From an uncultured Gammaproteobacteria bacterium (GTDB lineage: Bacteria > Pseudomonadota > Gammaproteobacteria > Natronospirales > JAIVGZ01), in the NCBI GenBank assembly GCA_964552205.1, contig CAZKFT010000003.1, forward strand, positions 35,016-99,015: a DNA stretch of 64,000 bases. Direction: 5' to 3'. Within the stretch, counting starts at the first letter, position 1. Every line of letters begins with the position of its first letter. The translations under genes were made by a program, and so were the position numbers. The notes under the pieces were generated by a model. The model saw nothing but the letters and a program-made list of their open reading frames with translations. It made no database searches and was not told the DNA's origin. Shown here one piece after another: positions 52,032-62,551 of this stretch.

Positions 52032-53018
52032 ATGAGAATCGGTTCAATCGAACTTGCAAACAATTTGGTCGTTGCCCCGATGGCGGGTGTCACCGACAGG
52101 CCGTTCCGCCAATTGTGCAAGTCACTGGGTGCGGGTCTCGCTGTCTCCGAAATGGTGACCTCCGATATCCGTCTGTGGCACACCAACAAAAGTCGTCGTC
52201 GCTTGGACCATACCGGCGAGTGCGAACCCCGCAGTGTTCAGATCGCAGGCGCAGACCCCGACATGATGGCAACAGCTGCCCGCGAGAACGCCGCACGCGG
52301 CGCTCAGATCATAGACATCAATATGGGCTGCCCCGCGAAAAAGGTCTGCAATCGTCAGGCCGGCTCCGCGTTGTTGGCAGACGAGGCCCTGGTGGCGCGC
52401 ATCCTGGACGCGGTGGTCGCCGCCGTCGAGATCCCGGTCACGCTCAAGATTCGCACCGGCCCGAATCCGGATTCCCGCAACGGTGTGCGCATTGCAACCA
52501 TTGCCGAAGCGAGCGGCATCGCTGCCTTGGCGGTGCATGGCCGTACGCGAGCATGTGCCTTCCGTGGCGAGGCGGAGTACGCCACCATCGCCGACATCAA
52601 GCGCGCAGTTTCCATCCCCGTGATTGCCAACGGTGACATCGACTCGCCGGACCGGGCACGCGAGGTGCTGGCGGCCACCGGAGCCGACGGCATCATGGTC
52701 GGACGCGCCGCCCAGGCGAGGCCTTGGATCTTCCGCGAGATCGCCCACCACCTGGCCACCGGCGGCTACCTGCCCGAACCGGGTCTGGACGAGGTCCGCG
52801 ACATCCTGCTGGGCCATATCGACAACCTGCACCATTTCTATGGTGAGGACCTGGGCGTGCGTGTGGCCCGCAAACACATTGGCTGGCATATCGCCACGCA
52901 GCCGGGCGGAAATGCCTTCAGAAAGGCCATCATGCCCGTTGAGAGCGCTCGCCAGCAGTTGGCGATGGTCCGTGCCTGGTACGACGGCATGGCCCACAGC
53001 GGGGCGCTGGCGGCATGA
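52032..53018 (+). CDS. dusB: tRNA-dihydrouridine synthase B
   Basis: ORF 52011..53018 trimmed to ATG 52032 (MRIGSIELANNLVVAPMAGVTD). Motifs are DINMGCPAKKV and HGRTRA. Confidence 0.93.
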   Translation: MRIGSIELANNLVVAPMAGVTDRPFRQLCKSLGAGLAVSEMVTSDIRLWHTNKSRRRLDHTGECEPRSVQIAGADPDMMATAARENAARGAQIIDINMGCPAKKVCNRQAGSALLADEALVARILDAVVAAVEIPVTLKIRTGPNPDSRNGVRIATIAEASGIAALAVHGRTRACAFRGEAEYATIADIKRAVSIPVIANGDIDSPDRAREVLAATGADGIMVGRAAQARPWIFREIAHHLATGGYLPEPGLDEVRDILLGHIDNLHHFYGEDLGVRVARKHIGWHIATQPGGNAFRKAIMPVESARQQLAMVRAWYDGMAHSGALAA

Positions 53019-53302
53019 ACGCACGCGTTAGCGTCATGGTGCAGCCGGATTTCCCGGTCCAACGCGAGGACGGGCAGCCACTGCGCGCCTGCGCCGAGGC
53101 CGCCCTGAGGCAATACCTGCAGGAACTGGAAGGCCACGACTGCCACGACCTCTACAATATGGTCATGAGCGAGGTCGAGCTTCCGCTGCTCAAGACCGTC
53201 ATGGAGCACGCTGGCGGCAACCAGTCCCGCGCCGCCGAGATGCTCGGCATCAACCGCAGCACTCTGCGCAAGAAGCTCCGCCAGCACGGCCTGGACAAAT
53301 AA
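53015..53302 (+). CDS. fis: DNA-binding protein Fis
   Basis: 95 aa with the C-terminal HTH GNQSRAAEMLGINRSTLRKKL. It overlaps the dusB stop, as in other gammaproteobacteria. Confidence 0.93.
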   Translation: MNARVSVMVQPDFPVQREDGQPLRACAEAALRQYLQELEGHDCHDLYNMVMSEVELPLLKTVMEHAGGNQSRAAEMLGINRSTLRKKLRQHGLDK

Positions 53303-53305
53303 TCC

Positions 53306-54850
53306 ATGGGCGCGATACGGCGTGCGCTCATCAGTGTTTCCGACAAGACCGGCCTCGAGGCATTCGCCCGCGAACTCGCCGGTCGTGAGATCGAAATCCT
53401 CTCCACTGGCGGCACGGCCGCGCTGCTGCGCAAGGCCGGCATCGCTGTCCGTGATGTCTCCGACCTGACCGGCTTTCCGGAAATCATGGATGGACGAGTG
53501 AAGACGCTACACCCGCGCATTCACGGTGGTCTGCTGGGCCGTCGCGGCACGGACGAGGCGGTAATGGACGAACACGGCATCGTGCCCATCGATCTCGCGG
53601 TCATCAATCTCTACCCCTTTCGTGAAACCATCGCCAAGCCCGACTGCACCGACGAAGACGCGGTCGAAAACATCGACATCGGTGGCCCGGCCATGGTGCG
53701 GGCGGCCGCAAAAAACCACGCTTCCGTGACGGTGGTCGTGGATGCCTCCGATTACGATCGCGTGCTGGATGCCATGGGTGAGCACGACGGGGCTGTGCCG
53801 TTTGCCCTGCGCCGGGAGCTTGCCGCCAAGGCCTATGCCCATACGGCCGCCTACGACGGCGCGGTGAGTAACTGGTTGTGGGGCGCCGAGTTCGGTGCCA
53901 CGCACACGCTACAGCTGAAGAAATCCCTGGACCTACGGTACGGAGAGAACCCGCATCAGGCCGCGGCCTTTTATACCGACGAGCAGGTAACCGAGCCCGG
54001 CATTGCGAGCGCGGTGCAGCTGCAGGGCAAAGAACTCTCGTTCAACAACATCGCCGATGCCGACGCGGCCCTCGAGTGTGTGAAACAGTTCGACGCACCG
54101 GCCTGTGTCATCGTGAAACACGCAAATCCCTGTGGGGTGGCAGTCGCCGGTACGATTCTCGCGGCCTACGAGGCCGCCTACCGCACCGACCCGACCTCTG
54201 CCTTCGGCGGCATCATCGCGTTCAACCGCTCGCTGGATGCAGACACTGCCGCCGCCATCGTGGACCGGCAGTTCGTCGAAGTCATCATTGCGCCGGATGC
54301 TGACGCGGATGCACGCAGTGTGCTGGCGCAGAAGAAAAATGTGCGCTTGCTTGTCTGCGGCCAATGGCCAGACCAGCGGACACCTGCGCTGGATTACCGC
54401 CGCGTCACGGGCGGGATGCTTATCCAGGAGCGCGATCAAGGCGTGGTGGGCGCAGCTGACCTCAAAGTGGTGAGTAAGCGCAGCCCCAGCGCCGACGAGC
54501 TCCGCGACCTGCTGTTCGCCTGGCAGGTGGCGCATTTCGTGAAATCCAACGCCATCGTGTATGCGCGCGAGCAGGCCACCATCGGTGTGGGCGCAGGCCA
54601 GATGAGCCGCGTATACAGCGCACGCATCGCTGGCATCAAAGCGGCCGACGAAGGGCTGGAAGTGCAGGGCTCGGTGATGGCCTCGGATGCATTCTTCCCC
54701 TTCCGCGATGGCATCGATGCGGCCGCTGCGGCTGGCATCACCGCGGTCATACAGCCGGGTGGTTCACAACGCGACGCCGAGGTCATTGCTGCAGCAGACG
54801 AGCACGGGCTGGCGATGGTGTTCACTGGCATACGGCATTTCCGGCACTGA
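53306..54850 (+). CDS. purH: bifunctional AICAR transformylase / IMP cyclohydrolase
   Basis: 514 aa with [27 protein letters not shown] and a C-terminal FTGIRHFRH. Confidence 0.96.
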   Translation: MGAIRRALISVSDKTGLEAFARELAGREIEILSTGGTAALLRKAGIAVRDVSDLTGFPEIMDGRVKTLHPRIHGGLLGRRGTDEAVMDEHGIVPIDLAVINLYPFRETIAKPDCTDEDAVENIDIGGPAMVRAAAKNHASVTVVVDASDYDRVLDAMGEHDGAVPFALRRELAAKAYAHTAAYDGAVSNWLWGAEFGATHTLQLKKSLDLRYGENPHQAAAFYTDEQVTEPGIASAVQLQGKELSFNNIADADAALECVKQFDAPACVIVKHANPCGVAVAGTILAAYEAAYRTDPTSAFGGIIAFNRSLDADTAAAIVDRQFVEVIIAPDADADARSVLAQKKNVRLLVCGQWPDQRTPALDYRRVTGGMLIQERDQGVVGAADLKVVSKRSPSADELRDLLFAWQVAHFVKSNAIVYAREQATIGVGAGQMSRVYSARIAGIKAADEGLEVQGSVMASDAFFPFRDGIDAAAAAGITAVIQPGGSQRDAEVIAAADEHGLAMVFTGIRHFRH

Positions 54851-56133
54851 TGAGAGCTCTGATTCTCGGCGGTGGTGGGCGGGAACATGCGCTGGCGTGG
54901 AAAGTGGCACAGTCAGGCAAGGTCACGCAGGTCTTCGTCGCGCCCGGCAATGCGGGCACCGCCATCGAGCCGAAAGTGACCAACATCGGTCTCGCCGCGG
55001 ACGACATCGATGCGCTGGTCGATTTCGCCCGCGAGAACGCCATCCATCTCACCATCGTTGGACCCGAAGTGCCCTTGGTGAAGGGCGTGGTGGACCGTTT
55101 CCAGTCTGCGGGCCTGCGCATCTTCGGCCCCACCGCCGCCGCGGCACGCCTGGAGGGCTCCAAAGCTTTCGCCAAGGATTTTCTCAGCCGCCACGGTATT
55201 CCGACGGCCCGTTACGGTAATTTCACCGACATTGAATCTGCCATCGCGATGGCTCGGAAGTTGGGCGCACCGCTGGTGGTCAAAGCCGACGGCCTGGCTG
55301 CTGGGAAAGGCGTGGTCATTGCCCACACGGTTGAGGAAGCCGAGGACGCCATCCGCGACATGCTGGCGGGCAACGCCTTCGGCGAAGCGGGACATCGCGT
55401 AGTGGTTGAAGAGTTTCTGGAAGGCGAGGAAGCGAGCTTCATTTGCATGGTGGACGGCAAGAATGTCCTGACGCTCGCCACCTCACAAGACCACAAAGCA
55501 CGCGACGACGGGGACCTGGGACCCAACACGGGCGGCATGGGCGCCTACTCGCCGGCACCAGTGGTCACTGGCACGCTGCATGCACGCATCATGCGCGAGG
55601 TGATTCTCCCGACGGTCGCGGGTCTTGCCGCGGAAGGCACACCGTACACCGGCTTCCTGTACGCAGGGCTGATGATCAGCGCCGATGGCGCTCCTAGAGT
55701 CCTGGAGTACAACTGCCGGTTCGGCGACCCGGAGACGCAACCGATTCTGTTTCGCCTGAAGTCGGATCTGGTGACGCTGGTGGATGCGGCCTTGGATGGG
55801 CGTCTGGACCAGGCGCATGCTGGCTGGGATTCACGCGCGGCGCTGGGTGTTGTGCTGGCAGCGGGTGGTTATCCGGGAGAGGTACGCAAAGGCGATGTCG
55901 TCAAAGGCCTGCCCGAGGCCACGGTCACCACCAAGGTGTTTCATGCAGGCACTGCGCTGGACGAGGACGGCAATGTCGTCACTTCAGGCGGTCGGGTGCT
56001 GTGCGTGGTTGCGTTGGGCGAGACTGTCGGGGAGGCGCAAACGCGCGCCTACGCCGTCGTAGACCGCATTTCCTGGGAAGGGATGTATTGCCGGCGCGAT
56101 ATCGGTCATCGCGCGATTAGTAGAGAGGTCTGA
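54850..56133 (+). CDS. purD: phosphoribosylamine-glycine ligase
   Basis: 427 aa with [41 protein letters not shown]. Confidence 0.96.
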   Translation: MRALILGGGGREHALAWKVAQSGKVTQVFVAPGNAGTAIEPKVTNIGLAADDIDALVDFARENAIHLTIVGPEVPLVKGVVDRFQSAGLRIFGPTAAAARLEGSKAFAKDFLSRHGIPTARYGNFTDIESAIAMARKLGAPLVVKADGLAAGKGVVIAHTVEEAEDAIRDMLAGNAFGEAGHRVVVEEFLEGEEASFICMVDGKNVLTLATSQDHKARDDGDLGPNTGGMGAYSPAPVVTGTLHARIMREVILPTVAGLAAEGTPYTGFLYAGLMISADGAPRVLEYNCRFGDPETQPILFRLKSDLVTLVDAALDGRLDQAHAGWDSRAALGVVLAAGGYPGEVRKGDVVKGLPEATVTTKVFHAGTALDEDGNVVTSGGRVLCVVALGETVGEAQTRAYAVVDRISWEGMYCRRDIGHRAISREV

Positions 56134-56134
56134 A

Positions 56135-56153
56135 CGCGGACCACAGGTCCGCG
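56135..56153. repeat. GC hairpin CGCGGAC-CACAG-GTCCGCG downstream of purD (member of a small hairpin family, see 59577-59595)
   Basis: A 7-bp stem directly after the purD stop with no T-run. The same motif occurs after rhlB with swapped A/T in the stem. Confidence 0.6.
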
Positions 56154-56180
56154 CCCCCATATTCCGGTCCGCGACACCTT

Positions 56181-56288
56181 GTAGGAGCGGCGCTTTGCGC
56201 CGCGAACGGTACAACACAACACGCACAGACCACACCGCTTCAGCGCACCCAAGCTCACCTCATTCGCGGTGCGAAGCACCGCTCCTAC
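56181..56288. repeat. convergent REP pair (BIME-like)
   Basis: GTAGGAGCGGCGCTTTGCGCCGCGAA (56181-56206) and TTCGCGGTGCGAAGCACCGCTCCTAC (56263-56288), separated by 56 bp, between the convergent purD and rho genes. Confidence 0.85.
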
Positions 56289-56298
56289 AGGCGAATCC

Positions 56299-57741
56299 CT
56301 AACGTTTCATCGAGTCAAAGAACTCGTTATTGGTCTTGGTGTCCTTCATCTTGTCCATGAGGAACTCCATGGCGGCAAGCTCATCCATCGAATGCAGCAG
56401 CTTGCGCAGGATCCACACCTTCTGCAGCTCACTCTCACCCATCAGCAATTCCTCGCGGCGAGTACCCGAGCGGTTGATGTGGATGGCAGGGAAGATGCGC
56501 TTCTCGGCGATGCGGCGATCGAGGTGCAGTTCCATGTTACCGGTACCCTTGAACTCCTCGTAAATGACATCGTCCATGCGCGATCCGGTGTCTACCAGCG
56601 CGGTCGCGATGATGGTCAGCGAACCACCCTCCTCGATATTGCGTGCGGCACCAAAAAAGCGCTTCGGGCGTTGCAGGGCGTTGGCGTCCACGCCACCCGT
56701 GAGTACCTTGCCTGACGACGGCACGACAGTGTTGTAAGCGCGACCCAGACGGGTGATGGAGTCCAGCAGGATGATGACATCTTTCTTGTGCTCGACCAGA
56801 CGCTTGGCCTTCTCGATGACCATGTCCGCAACCTGCACATGGCGACTGGCCGGCTCGTCGAAGGTCGACGACACGACTTCGCCTCGGACTGAGCGCGTCA
56901 TCTCGGTCACTTCTTCCGGGCGCTCGTCGATGAGCAGCACGATGAGATAGCACTCCGGGTGGTTCTGGGCGATGGACTGCGCGATATTCTGCAGAATCAT
57001 CGTCTTGCCGGCCTTGGGCGGCGACACGATGAGGCCGCGCTGGCCCATGCCGATGGGAGACACCAGGTCGATGACACGCGCCGTGATGTCCTCGGTGCTG
57101 CCGTTGCCCAATTCCAGCCGCAGCGGGCGCTTCGGGAACAGCGGGGTCAGGTTTTCGAACAGAACCTTGCTCTTCGCATTCTCCGGCGAGTCGAAATTGA
57201 TCTCGTTGACCTTGAGCAGCGCGAAGTAACGCTCGCCTTCCTTGGGCGGACGAATCTTGCCGCTGATGGTGTCGCCGGTACGCAGGTTGAAGCGGCGAAT
57301 CTGGCTGGGCGATACATAGATGTCATCGGGACCGGCCAGATATGAACTGTCTGCGGAGCGCAGGAAGCCGAAGCCGTCCTGCAAAATCTCGAGGACGCCG
57401 TCCCCGTAAATATCCTCGCCCTGTTTGGCGTGCGCCTTGAGCAGCGCGAAGATGACATCCTGTTTGCGCGAGCGGGCAATGCCCTCGATGCCCATCTCGG
57501 TGGCCATCTCGATGACCTCGGCAGCTGATTTCTGCTTCAGCTCGGTGAGGTTCATGGACTTGCGCGGGCCCAGGCTGGGATCGCGTGCTACCTGATCGTC
57601 CTGTTCCTCGTAATCGAAGTCGTCAACGGGCAGACCTACATGGTGGTCGTTGTTGTTGCCGTTGGTGTTGCCGCCCTTGTTGTGGCCGGCGTTCTGATGG
57701 CGGGGGGCGCGCCGTCTGCGCGAGGTGTTCTTGTCGTTCAC
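56299..57741 (-). CDS. rho: transcription termination factor Rho with a 62-aa N-terminal extension
   Basis: 480-aa ORF. From M63 (nt 57555) it is collinear with E. coli Rho (MNLTELK..., [28 protein letters not shown]). The upstream 62 in-frame codons start at GTG 57741 (GTGA overlap with the trxA stop). They have about 81% GC at third positions by my count. Confidence 0.9.
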   Translation of the reverse strand: MNDKNTSRRRRAPRHQNAGHNKGGNTNGNNNDHHVGLPVDDFDYEEQDDQVARDPSLGPRKSMNLTELKQKSAAEVIEMATEMGIEGIARSRKQDVIFALLKAHAKQGEDIYGDGVLEILQDGFGFLRSADSSYLAGPDDIYVSPSQIRRFNLRTGDTISGKIRPPKEGERYFALLKVNEINFDSPENAKSKVLFENLTPLFPKRPLRLELGNGSTEDITARVIDLVSPIGMGQRGLIVSPPKAGKTMILQNIAQSIAQNHPECYLIVLLIDERPEEVTEMTRSVRGEVVSSTFDEPASRHVQVADMVIEKAKRLVEHKKDVIILLDSITRLGRAYNTVVPSSGKVLTGGVDANALQRPKRFFGAARNIEEGGSLTIIATALVDTGSRMDDVIYEEFKGTGNMELHLDRRIAEKRIFPAIHINRSGTRREELLMGESELQKVWILRKLLHSMDELAAMEFLMDKMKDTKTNNEFFDSMKR

Positions 57742-58076
57742 AGGTTGGTATCGAGAAAGGCCGCGAGTTGCGACTTGGTCAGGGCACCTACTTTGGTGGC
57801 CTCGACATTACCACCCTTGAACAGCATGAGGGTGGGGATGCCGCGGATACCGTAGCGAGGCGGAGTCTGTGGGTTTTCATCGATGTTCAGCTTCACGATC
57901 CGGACACGGCCATCGTAGTCGGTGGCGATGTCTTCAAGGATCGGCGCGATCATCTTGCAGGGGCCGCACCACTCTGCCCAGTAATCAACAAGGACGGGAA
58001 CATCCGCTTTCAGTACATCATCCTCGAAGCTCTGGTCCGAGGTATGCAGAATCTTTTCACTCACTTTTTCGTTCAC
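57738..58076 (-). CDS. trxA: thioredoxin
   Basis: 112 aa with [18 protein letters not shown]. Confidence 0.96.
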   Translation of the reverse strand: MNEKVSEKILHTSDQSFEDDVLKADVPVLVDYWAEWCGPCKMIAPILEDIATDYDGRVRIVKLNIDENPQTPPRYGIRGIPTLMLFKGGNVEATKVGALTKSQLAAFLDTNL

Positions 58077-58252
58077 TCCATGGTTTCTGGATAGGGTGTA
58101 TGATGCACCCCGATGGCACAGGCAATAAATTCCTGCTGGCTGATGGTCTTACGCGGTTTATTCGAGTGGAAGCGCGGTCGGGCGGAGTCCGTCGCGCTGG
58201 TCCTGGATAATCGTTCGGCCTATTTCAGCCCATTCCCCGGAACTTTTCAAGC

Positions 58253-59527
58253 ATGACAGAGAAACATCTTACAGATATCCGCTTCGACAGCTTCGACCTT
58301 CCACGCGAGTTACTGCAAGGTATTGAAGATGCGGGTTTTTCGCATTGTACACCTATTCAGGCCAAAGCGTTGCCTTTGGTTCTCGCCGGAAAGGACTGCG
58401 CAGGCCAGGCCCAGACCGGCACCGGCAAGACCGCCGCGTTCCTTCTGGCCCTGTTCCAGGAATTGCTCCGCTACCCGCCAGACGAGGACAGGCGCGCGAC
58501 CCAGCCGCGCGCCCTGGTACTGGCGCCGACCCGCGAACTGGCCATCCAGATCTGGCGCGACGCCGACACCCTCGGCAAGCACACTGGTCTGAAGCTCGGG
58601 CTTGTCTATGGTGGTACCGGCTACGAGCAACAGCGGGAAATGTTGTCCGATGGGATTGATATTCTCATCGGGACCCCGGGCCGCATCATCGACTACTTCC
58701 GCCAAGGCATTTTCGATCTGAAGGCCATTCAAGTGTTGGTGCTGGACGAAGCTGACCGCATGTTCGACCTCGGTTTCATCAAGGACATCCGCTTCCTGCT
58801 GCGCCGTATGCCGCCGCCCGCAGCGCGCCTGAACATGCTGTTTTCGGCCACTCTTTCGCAGCGCGTGTTGGAGCTGGCCTACGAGCATATGAACGAGCCG
58901 GAGAAGGTGGAAATCGCACCCGAGCGCGTGACCGCAGACCGTGTGACGGAAGTGATTTACCACACTTCCAACGAAGACAAGATGCCGCTACTCATCCACC
59001 TGCTCAAGGGCGCCGACCAGCACCGTAGCCTGGTGTTCGTGAACACCAAGCGTGCAGCCGAGCAGGTCACCGACTGGCTGAATGTGAACGGTCTGCAAGC
59101 CGACACCATTTCTGGCGATGTCCCGCAGAAGAAGCGCGAGAAATTGCTCGGTCGCTTCCAGAGCGGAGACCTCGCGGTGCTGGTGGCGACCGATGTCGCC
59201 GCACGCGGATTGCACATCCCCGATGTCAGCCATGTAATCAACTACGATCTGCCGCAGGACCGCGAGGACTATGTCCATCGCATCGGGCGGACTGCGCGCG
59301 CCGGCCAGGCTGGCGCGGCCATCAGTTTCGGGTGCGAGGAATATGTGTTCTCGCTGCCGGATATCGAGACTTACATCGGCCACAAGATCCCGCTGGAAGC
59401 CATTCCCTCGGACATTCCGCGCGGGGAATTGGTGCGTCCTGAGCGTCGACCGCGCAAGAAGGGTCCCCCGCAACGGGGCCGCAGCGGTGGCGGCGGTGGA
59501 AGGCCGCAGGGTCGGCGCCGCGCCTGA
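58253..59527 (+). CDS. rhlB: ATP-dependent RNA helicase RhlB (DEAD-box)
   Basis: 424 aa with Q-motif [31 protein letters not shown] and a basic RG-rich tail. It is divergent from trxA, as in E. coli. Confidence 0.9.
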   Translation: MTEKHLTDIRFDSFDLPRELLQGIEDAGFSHCTPIQAKALPLVLAGKDCAGQAQTGTGKTAAFLLALFQELLRYPPDEDRRATQPRALVLAPTRELAIQIWRDADTLGKHTGLKLGLVYGGTGYEQQREMLSDGIDILIGTPGRIIDYFRQGIFDLKAIQVLVLDEADRMFDLGFIKDIRFLLRRMPPPAARLNMLFSATLSQRVLELAYEHMNEPEKVEIAPERVTADRVTEVIYHTSNEDKMPLLIHLLKGADQHRSLVFVNTKRAAEQVTDWLNVNGLQADTISGDVPQKKREKLLGRFQSGDLAVLVATDVAARGLHIPDVSHVINYDLPQDREDYVHRIGRTARAGQAGAAISFGCEEYVFSLPDIETYIGHKIPLEAIPSDIPRGELVRPERRPRKKGPPQRGRSGGGGGRPQGRRRA

Positions 59528-59528
59528 G

Positions 59529-59648
59529 TTTCTCGCAGAGTTCGCAGAGAACGCAGAGATAGAAGAATGAAGTAGGCGCGGTCCTGTGGACCGCGTCAGA
59601 ATTCTCGATTGTCTTTCTCCGCGTCCTCTGCGGTCTCCGCGAGAGAAG
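59529..59648. repeat. about 120-bp palindromic intergenic element: two inverted arms of 3x CGCAGAGNN repeats flanking an 8-bp-stem hairpin
   Basis: The left arm is CTCGCAGAGTTCGCAGAGAACGCAGAGATAGAAG. The centre is CGCGGTCC-TGT-GGACCGCG (59577-59595). The right arm CTTTCTCCGCGTCCTCTGCGGTCTCCGCGAGAGAAG is about 80% the reverse complement of the left. It fills the whole gap between the convergent rhlB and HAD genes. Confidence 0.75.
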
Positions 59649-59652
59649 TCCT

Positions 59653-60366
59653 TTAAGGCGTTAAATCCCTGAAATCGTTGATGGTGGTGAAACCGTCCAT
59701 GACCCGCGCCGGCCGTGTGGAATCCGGCTTGGTGACCGCAATCACATAGGCGATTCCAAACACCTGCGCGGCTTTCAGCACTGACACACTGTCGTCCACG
59801 AACATCGTCTGCAGTGGGTCAAAGTGCTCCTTCAGCGACAGGCGTCGCCAGAAGTCCACATCCTCTTTGGGCGCGCCAAAATCATGTGAGGAATACACGG
59901 CGTCGAAGTGTCCGCCGATTCCTGTCTTGCGTAGTTTCACCTCCAGCGCACCGTGGTGCGCGTTGGTGACCAGCACCACGCGCTTCCCCAAGACCCGAAC
60001 CGCGTCTAGAAAATCGATGACATGCGGGTGAACGCGGATTTCGTTTTCAACTTCGCGCTTGAGCGCCGCGACATCGAAACCCAGCTCGCGTGTCCAGTGG
60101 TCCAGGCAGTACCAGTTCAGCGTGCCCTCGTGGCTTTTGAACATCGGATACAGCGCCTGCTTGGCTTGGTCGATTGAAAGGCCGCGATTCTCGCCCCAAC
60201 GCTGCGGAATCAGGTCCTGCCAAAACCAATTATCGAAACGAAGGTCCAGGAGCGTGCCGTCCATATCGAGCAACACGGTGCTGACGTCAATCCAGTTGAT
60301 AGCGAGGCGAGCCACGGGGCGTATGATACCCGCAGGAACGGACACTACGGGGGGAACCCATGCCAT
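59653..60366 (-). CDS. HAD-IA family hydrolase (YrfG-like GMP/IMP nucleotidase)
   Basis: 237-aa ORF with INWIDVSTVLLDMDGTLLDLRFDNWFW (DxDGT motif) and VLVTNAH, FVDD. The start is uncertain (ATG 60366 or GTG 60315). Confidence 0.78.
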   Translation of the reverse strand: MAWVPPVVSVPAGIIRPVARLAINWIDVSTVLLDMDGTLLDLRFDNWFWQDLIPQRWGENRGLSIDQAKQALYPMFKSHEGTLNWYCLDHWTRELGFDVAALKREVENEIRVHPHVIDFLDAVRVLGKRVVLVTNAHHGALEVKLRKTGIGGHFDAVYSSHDFGAPKEDVDFWRRLSLKEHFDPLQTMFVDDSVSVLKAAQVFGIAYVIAVTKPDSTRPARVMDGFTTINDFRDLTP

Positions 60367-61772
60367 TGTGGGCCATAATTGTCGTTGTCAGCGCCATCAT
60401 GGTGACTATCGCCATCGGTGTCCTGATTTTGCAGCTTCGGCGACCTTCACAATCCAGCAATACGCCAGTCTCCGCGCCGCGCGCCCAAGAGAAGGCCTTG
60501 CCGCGGGCGATGTCAACCTCGGACAGCTTCCGCGAGCAGTTGGACAAGGCGTTCGTGACAAGCGCCGCAGGCAAGCTCGCAGTCATGGTGGTAGAGGTGG
60601 ACCGCTTCCACCACTACACAACCTCGCTGGGAGCGGATGCCGGCGACGAGCTTATGTTCGAGGTCGCCGCGCGCATCCGGAATGTGATCGGCGAAGATCT
60701 GGTCATCGCTCGTGTTCGTGACCGTGAGCTCGGCTTGCTGGCAGACAACCTCGCCTCGCGCGATGACGCCGCCCGCATCGCGGCAGATGTGGCGCTGGCA
60801 ATGCGCACCCCCATCAACCTGCACGGACGGAAGCTGCAACTGACTTTGAGCGTCGGTGTGGCTACGCGGCCGGATAACGGTGATGATGCCACCACCCTGC
60901 TTCGCAACGCCGACCGCGCCAAGAGCTATGCCCTGGATGCAGGTGGCAACCATGTCCGCATGTATTCGCAGGAGCTGAGCCAATCCGCTAGAAAGCAACT
61001 CAACCTCGAGGGCGAGCTGCAGCAGGCGCTCCGCCAAGGGGAGTTGGTGGTCGTGTACCAGCCGCAACTACAGTTCCCGGAACGCAAGGTAGTCGGTGCC
61101 GAGGCTTTGCTGCGCTGGCAACACCCGGAGCAGGGGCTGCTGGCGCCACCTGCGTTCCTCCCGACCGCCGAACGGTTGGGTCTGCTGGATGAGATTGGCG
61201 CCCAAGTGGTCAACATCTGCTGCCGCGACGCTGCGGCTTGGCGGAAACGACTGCGCTCGGACATCCGTGTTTGCGTGAACCTCGCAGCATCACAGCTAAG
61301 ACCCTCGTCGTTGCCACGCATGGTGGAACGCGCGCTCAAGGAGAGCGGCCTACCACCCCAGCTTCTGGAACTCGAGGTGCCCGAGAAAATCACCATGCAG
61401 GATGTGGAAATCACCGTCCAGACGCTTTCGCACCTGCGCCAACTCGGTGTTTCTCTCGCACTCGACAACTTCGGAACCGGTGTGTCGGCGCTGAGTGAGC
61501 TCAAGAGGTTTCCGCTTGACCGGATGAAGATTGACCGCGCCTTCACCCGCTTCCTGCCTGACGACCCGCAGGGCAAGGCCATTGTGAAGGCTCTGGTGTA
61601 CATCGCCACCGCGCTGGATTTGGGTCTGGTCGGCGAGGGTGTGGAGTCGGAAGCTCAAGTGCAGGCTTTGCAGGGCCTGGGTTGCAGAATCATGCAGGGT
61701 TATCACCTGTGCAATCCAATCCCGAACGAACACTTTGTGGCTTTCGTCACGGCTACCCACGGCAAGGCATGA
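60360..61772 (+). CDS. membrane-anchored GGDEF(degenerate)-EAL signalling protein
   Basis: 470 aa with an N-terminal TM segment (MPLWAIIVVVSAIMVTIAIGVLIL). The GGDEF position reads RDREL. The EAL domain has EALLRW, VNLAA, ELEVPE, DNFGTG, KIDRAF and EGVE. Confidence 0.85.
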   Translation: MPLWAIIVVVSAIMVTIAIGVLILQLRRPSQSSNTPVSAPRAQEKALPRAMSTSDSFREQLDKAFVTSAAGKLAVMVVEVDRFHHYTTSLGADAGDELMFEVAARIRNVIGEDLVIARVRDRELGLLADNLASRDDAARIAADVALAMRTPINLHGRKLQLTLSVGVATRPDNGDDATTLLRNADRAKSYALDAGGNHVRMYSQELSQSARKQLNLEGELQQALRQGELVVVYQPQLQFPERKVVGAEALLRWQHPEQGLLAPPAFLPTAERLGLLDEIGAQVVNICCRDAAAWRKRLRSDIRVCVNLAASQLRPSSLPRMVERALKESGLPPQLLELEVPEKITMQDVEITVQTLSHLRQLGVSLALDNFGTGVSALSELKRFPLDRMKIDRAFTRFLPDDPQGKAIVKALVYIATALDLGLVGEGVESEAQVQALQGLGCRIMQGYHLCNPIPNEHFVAFVTATHGKA

Positions 61773-62551
61773 TGGATGGAGTCTTGCTGGAGGGCGTAGT
61801 CGAGATTGCGAGCGAAGCGGGCAAGCGAATTGTCGTAGTGTACGAATCGGATTTCGCGGTGCAGTCAAAAGGTGACCGCTCTCCCCTGACCGAAGCCGAT
61901 CTCGCAGCGCACCACCACATCGTCGCCGCCCTGGAAACACTCACCCCTGGCGTACCCATCCTGTCCGAGGAGTCGGCCGCCATACCGTGGTCGGTTCGTT
62001 CGGGCTGGAATCGCTACTGGCTGGTAGACCCCTTGGACGGCACGCGCGAGTTCGTTAAGCGCAACGGCGAGTTCACCGTCAACATCGCGCTCATCGAGGA
62101 AGGCGTCGCGGTCCTTGGCGTGGTGCATGTGCCCGTGACTGGCGTCACTTACGCCGCTGCACAGGGGATTGGGGCGTTCCGCGACGGCGCAGCCATCCAA
62201 ACGAGGATTCCTGCCACGTCACCGCCGGTCGTGGTCGGCAGCCGTTCGCATGCAGGCGACTCGCTCACCGCCCTGCTTGCGCGCATCGGCGAGCACGAAC
62301 TGATTTCGATAGGCAGTTCGCTCAAGTTTTGTCTTCTTGCCGAGGGCAAGGCGGATTTCTATGCCCGCCTTGGACCTACCAGCGAGTGGGATACCGCCGC
62401 CGCCCAGTGCGTAGTCGAGGCCGCCGGTGGTATCGTAGCCGACCTCAGTGGCGCGCCCTTGCGGTACAACCGCAAGGAATCGCTTTTGAATCCCCATTTC
62501 ATGGTGAGTGGTGACCCGCAGTCACCCTTGCTGAAACTGGTAGGCCCATGA
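61769..62551 (+). CDS. cysQ: 3'(2'),5'-bisphosphate nucleotidase
   Basis: ORF 61682..62551 trimmed to ATG 61769 (ATGA overlap with the upstream stop). Motifs are [17 protein letters not shown] and WDTAAA. Confidence 0.9.
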   Translation: MMDGVLLEGVVEIASEAGKRIVVVYESDFAVQSKGDRSPLTEADLAAHHHIVAALETLTPGVPILSEESAAIPWSVRSGWNRYWLVDPLDGTREFVKRNGEFTVNIALIEEGVAVLGVVHVPVTGVTYAAAQGIGAFRDGAAIQTRIPATSPPVVVGSRSHAGDSLTALLARIGEHELISIGSSLKFCLLAEGKADFYARLGPTSEWDTAAAQCVVEAAGGIVADLSGAPLRYNRKESLLNPHFMVSGDPQSPLLKLVGP

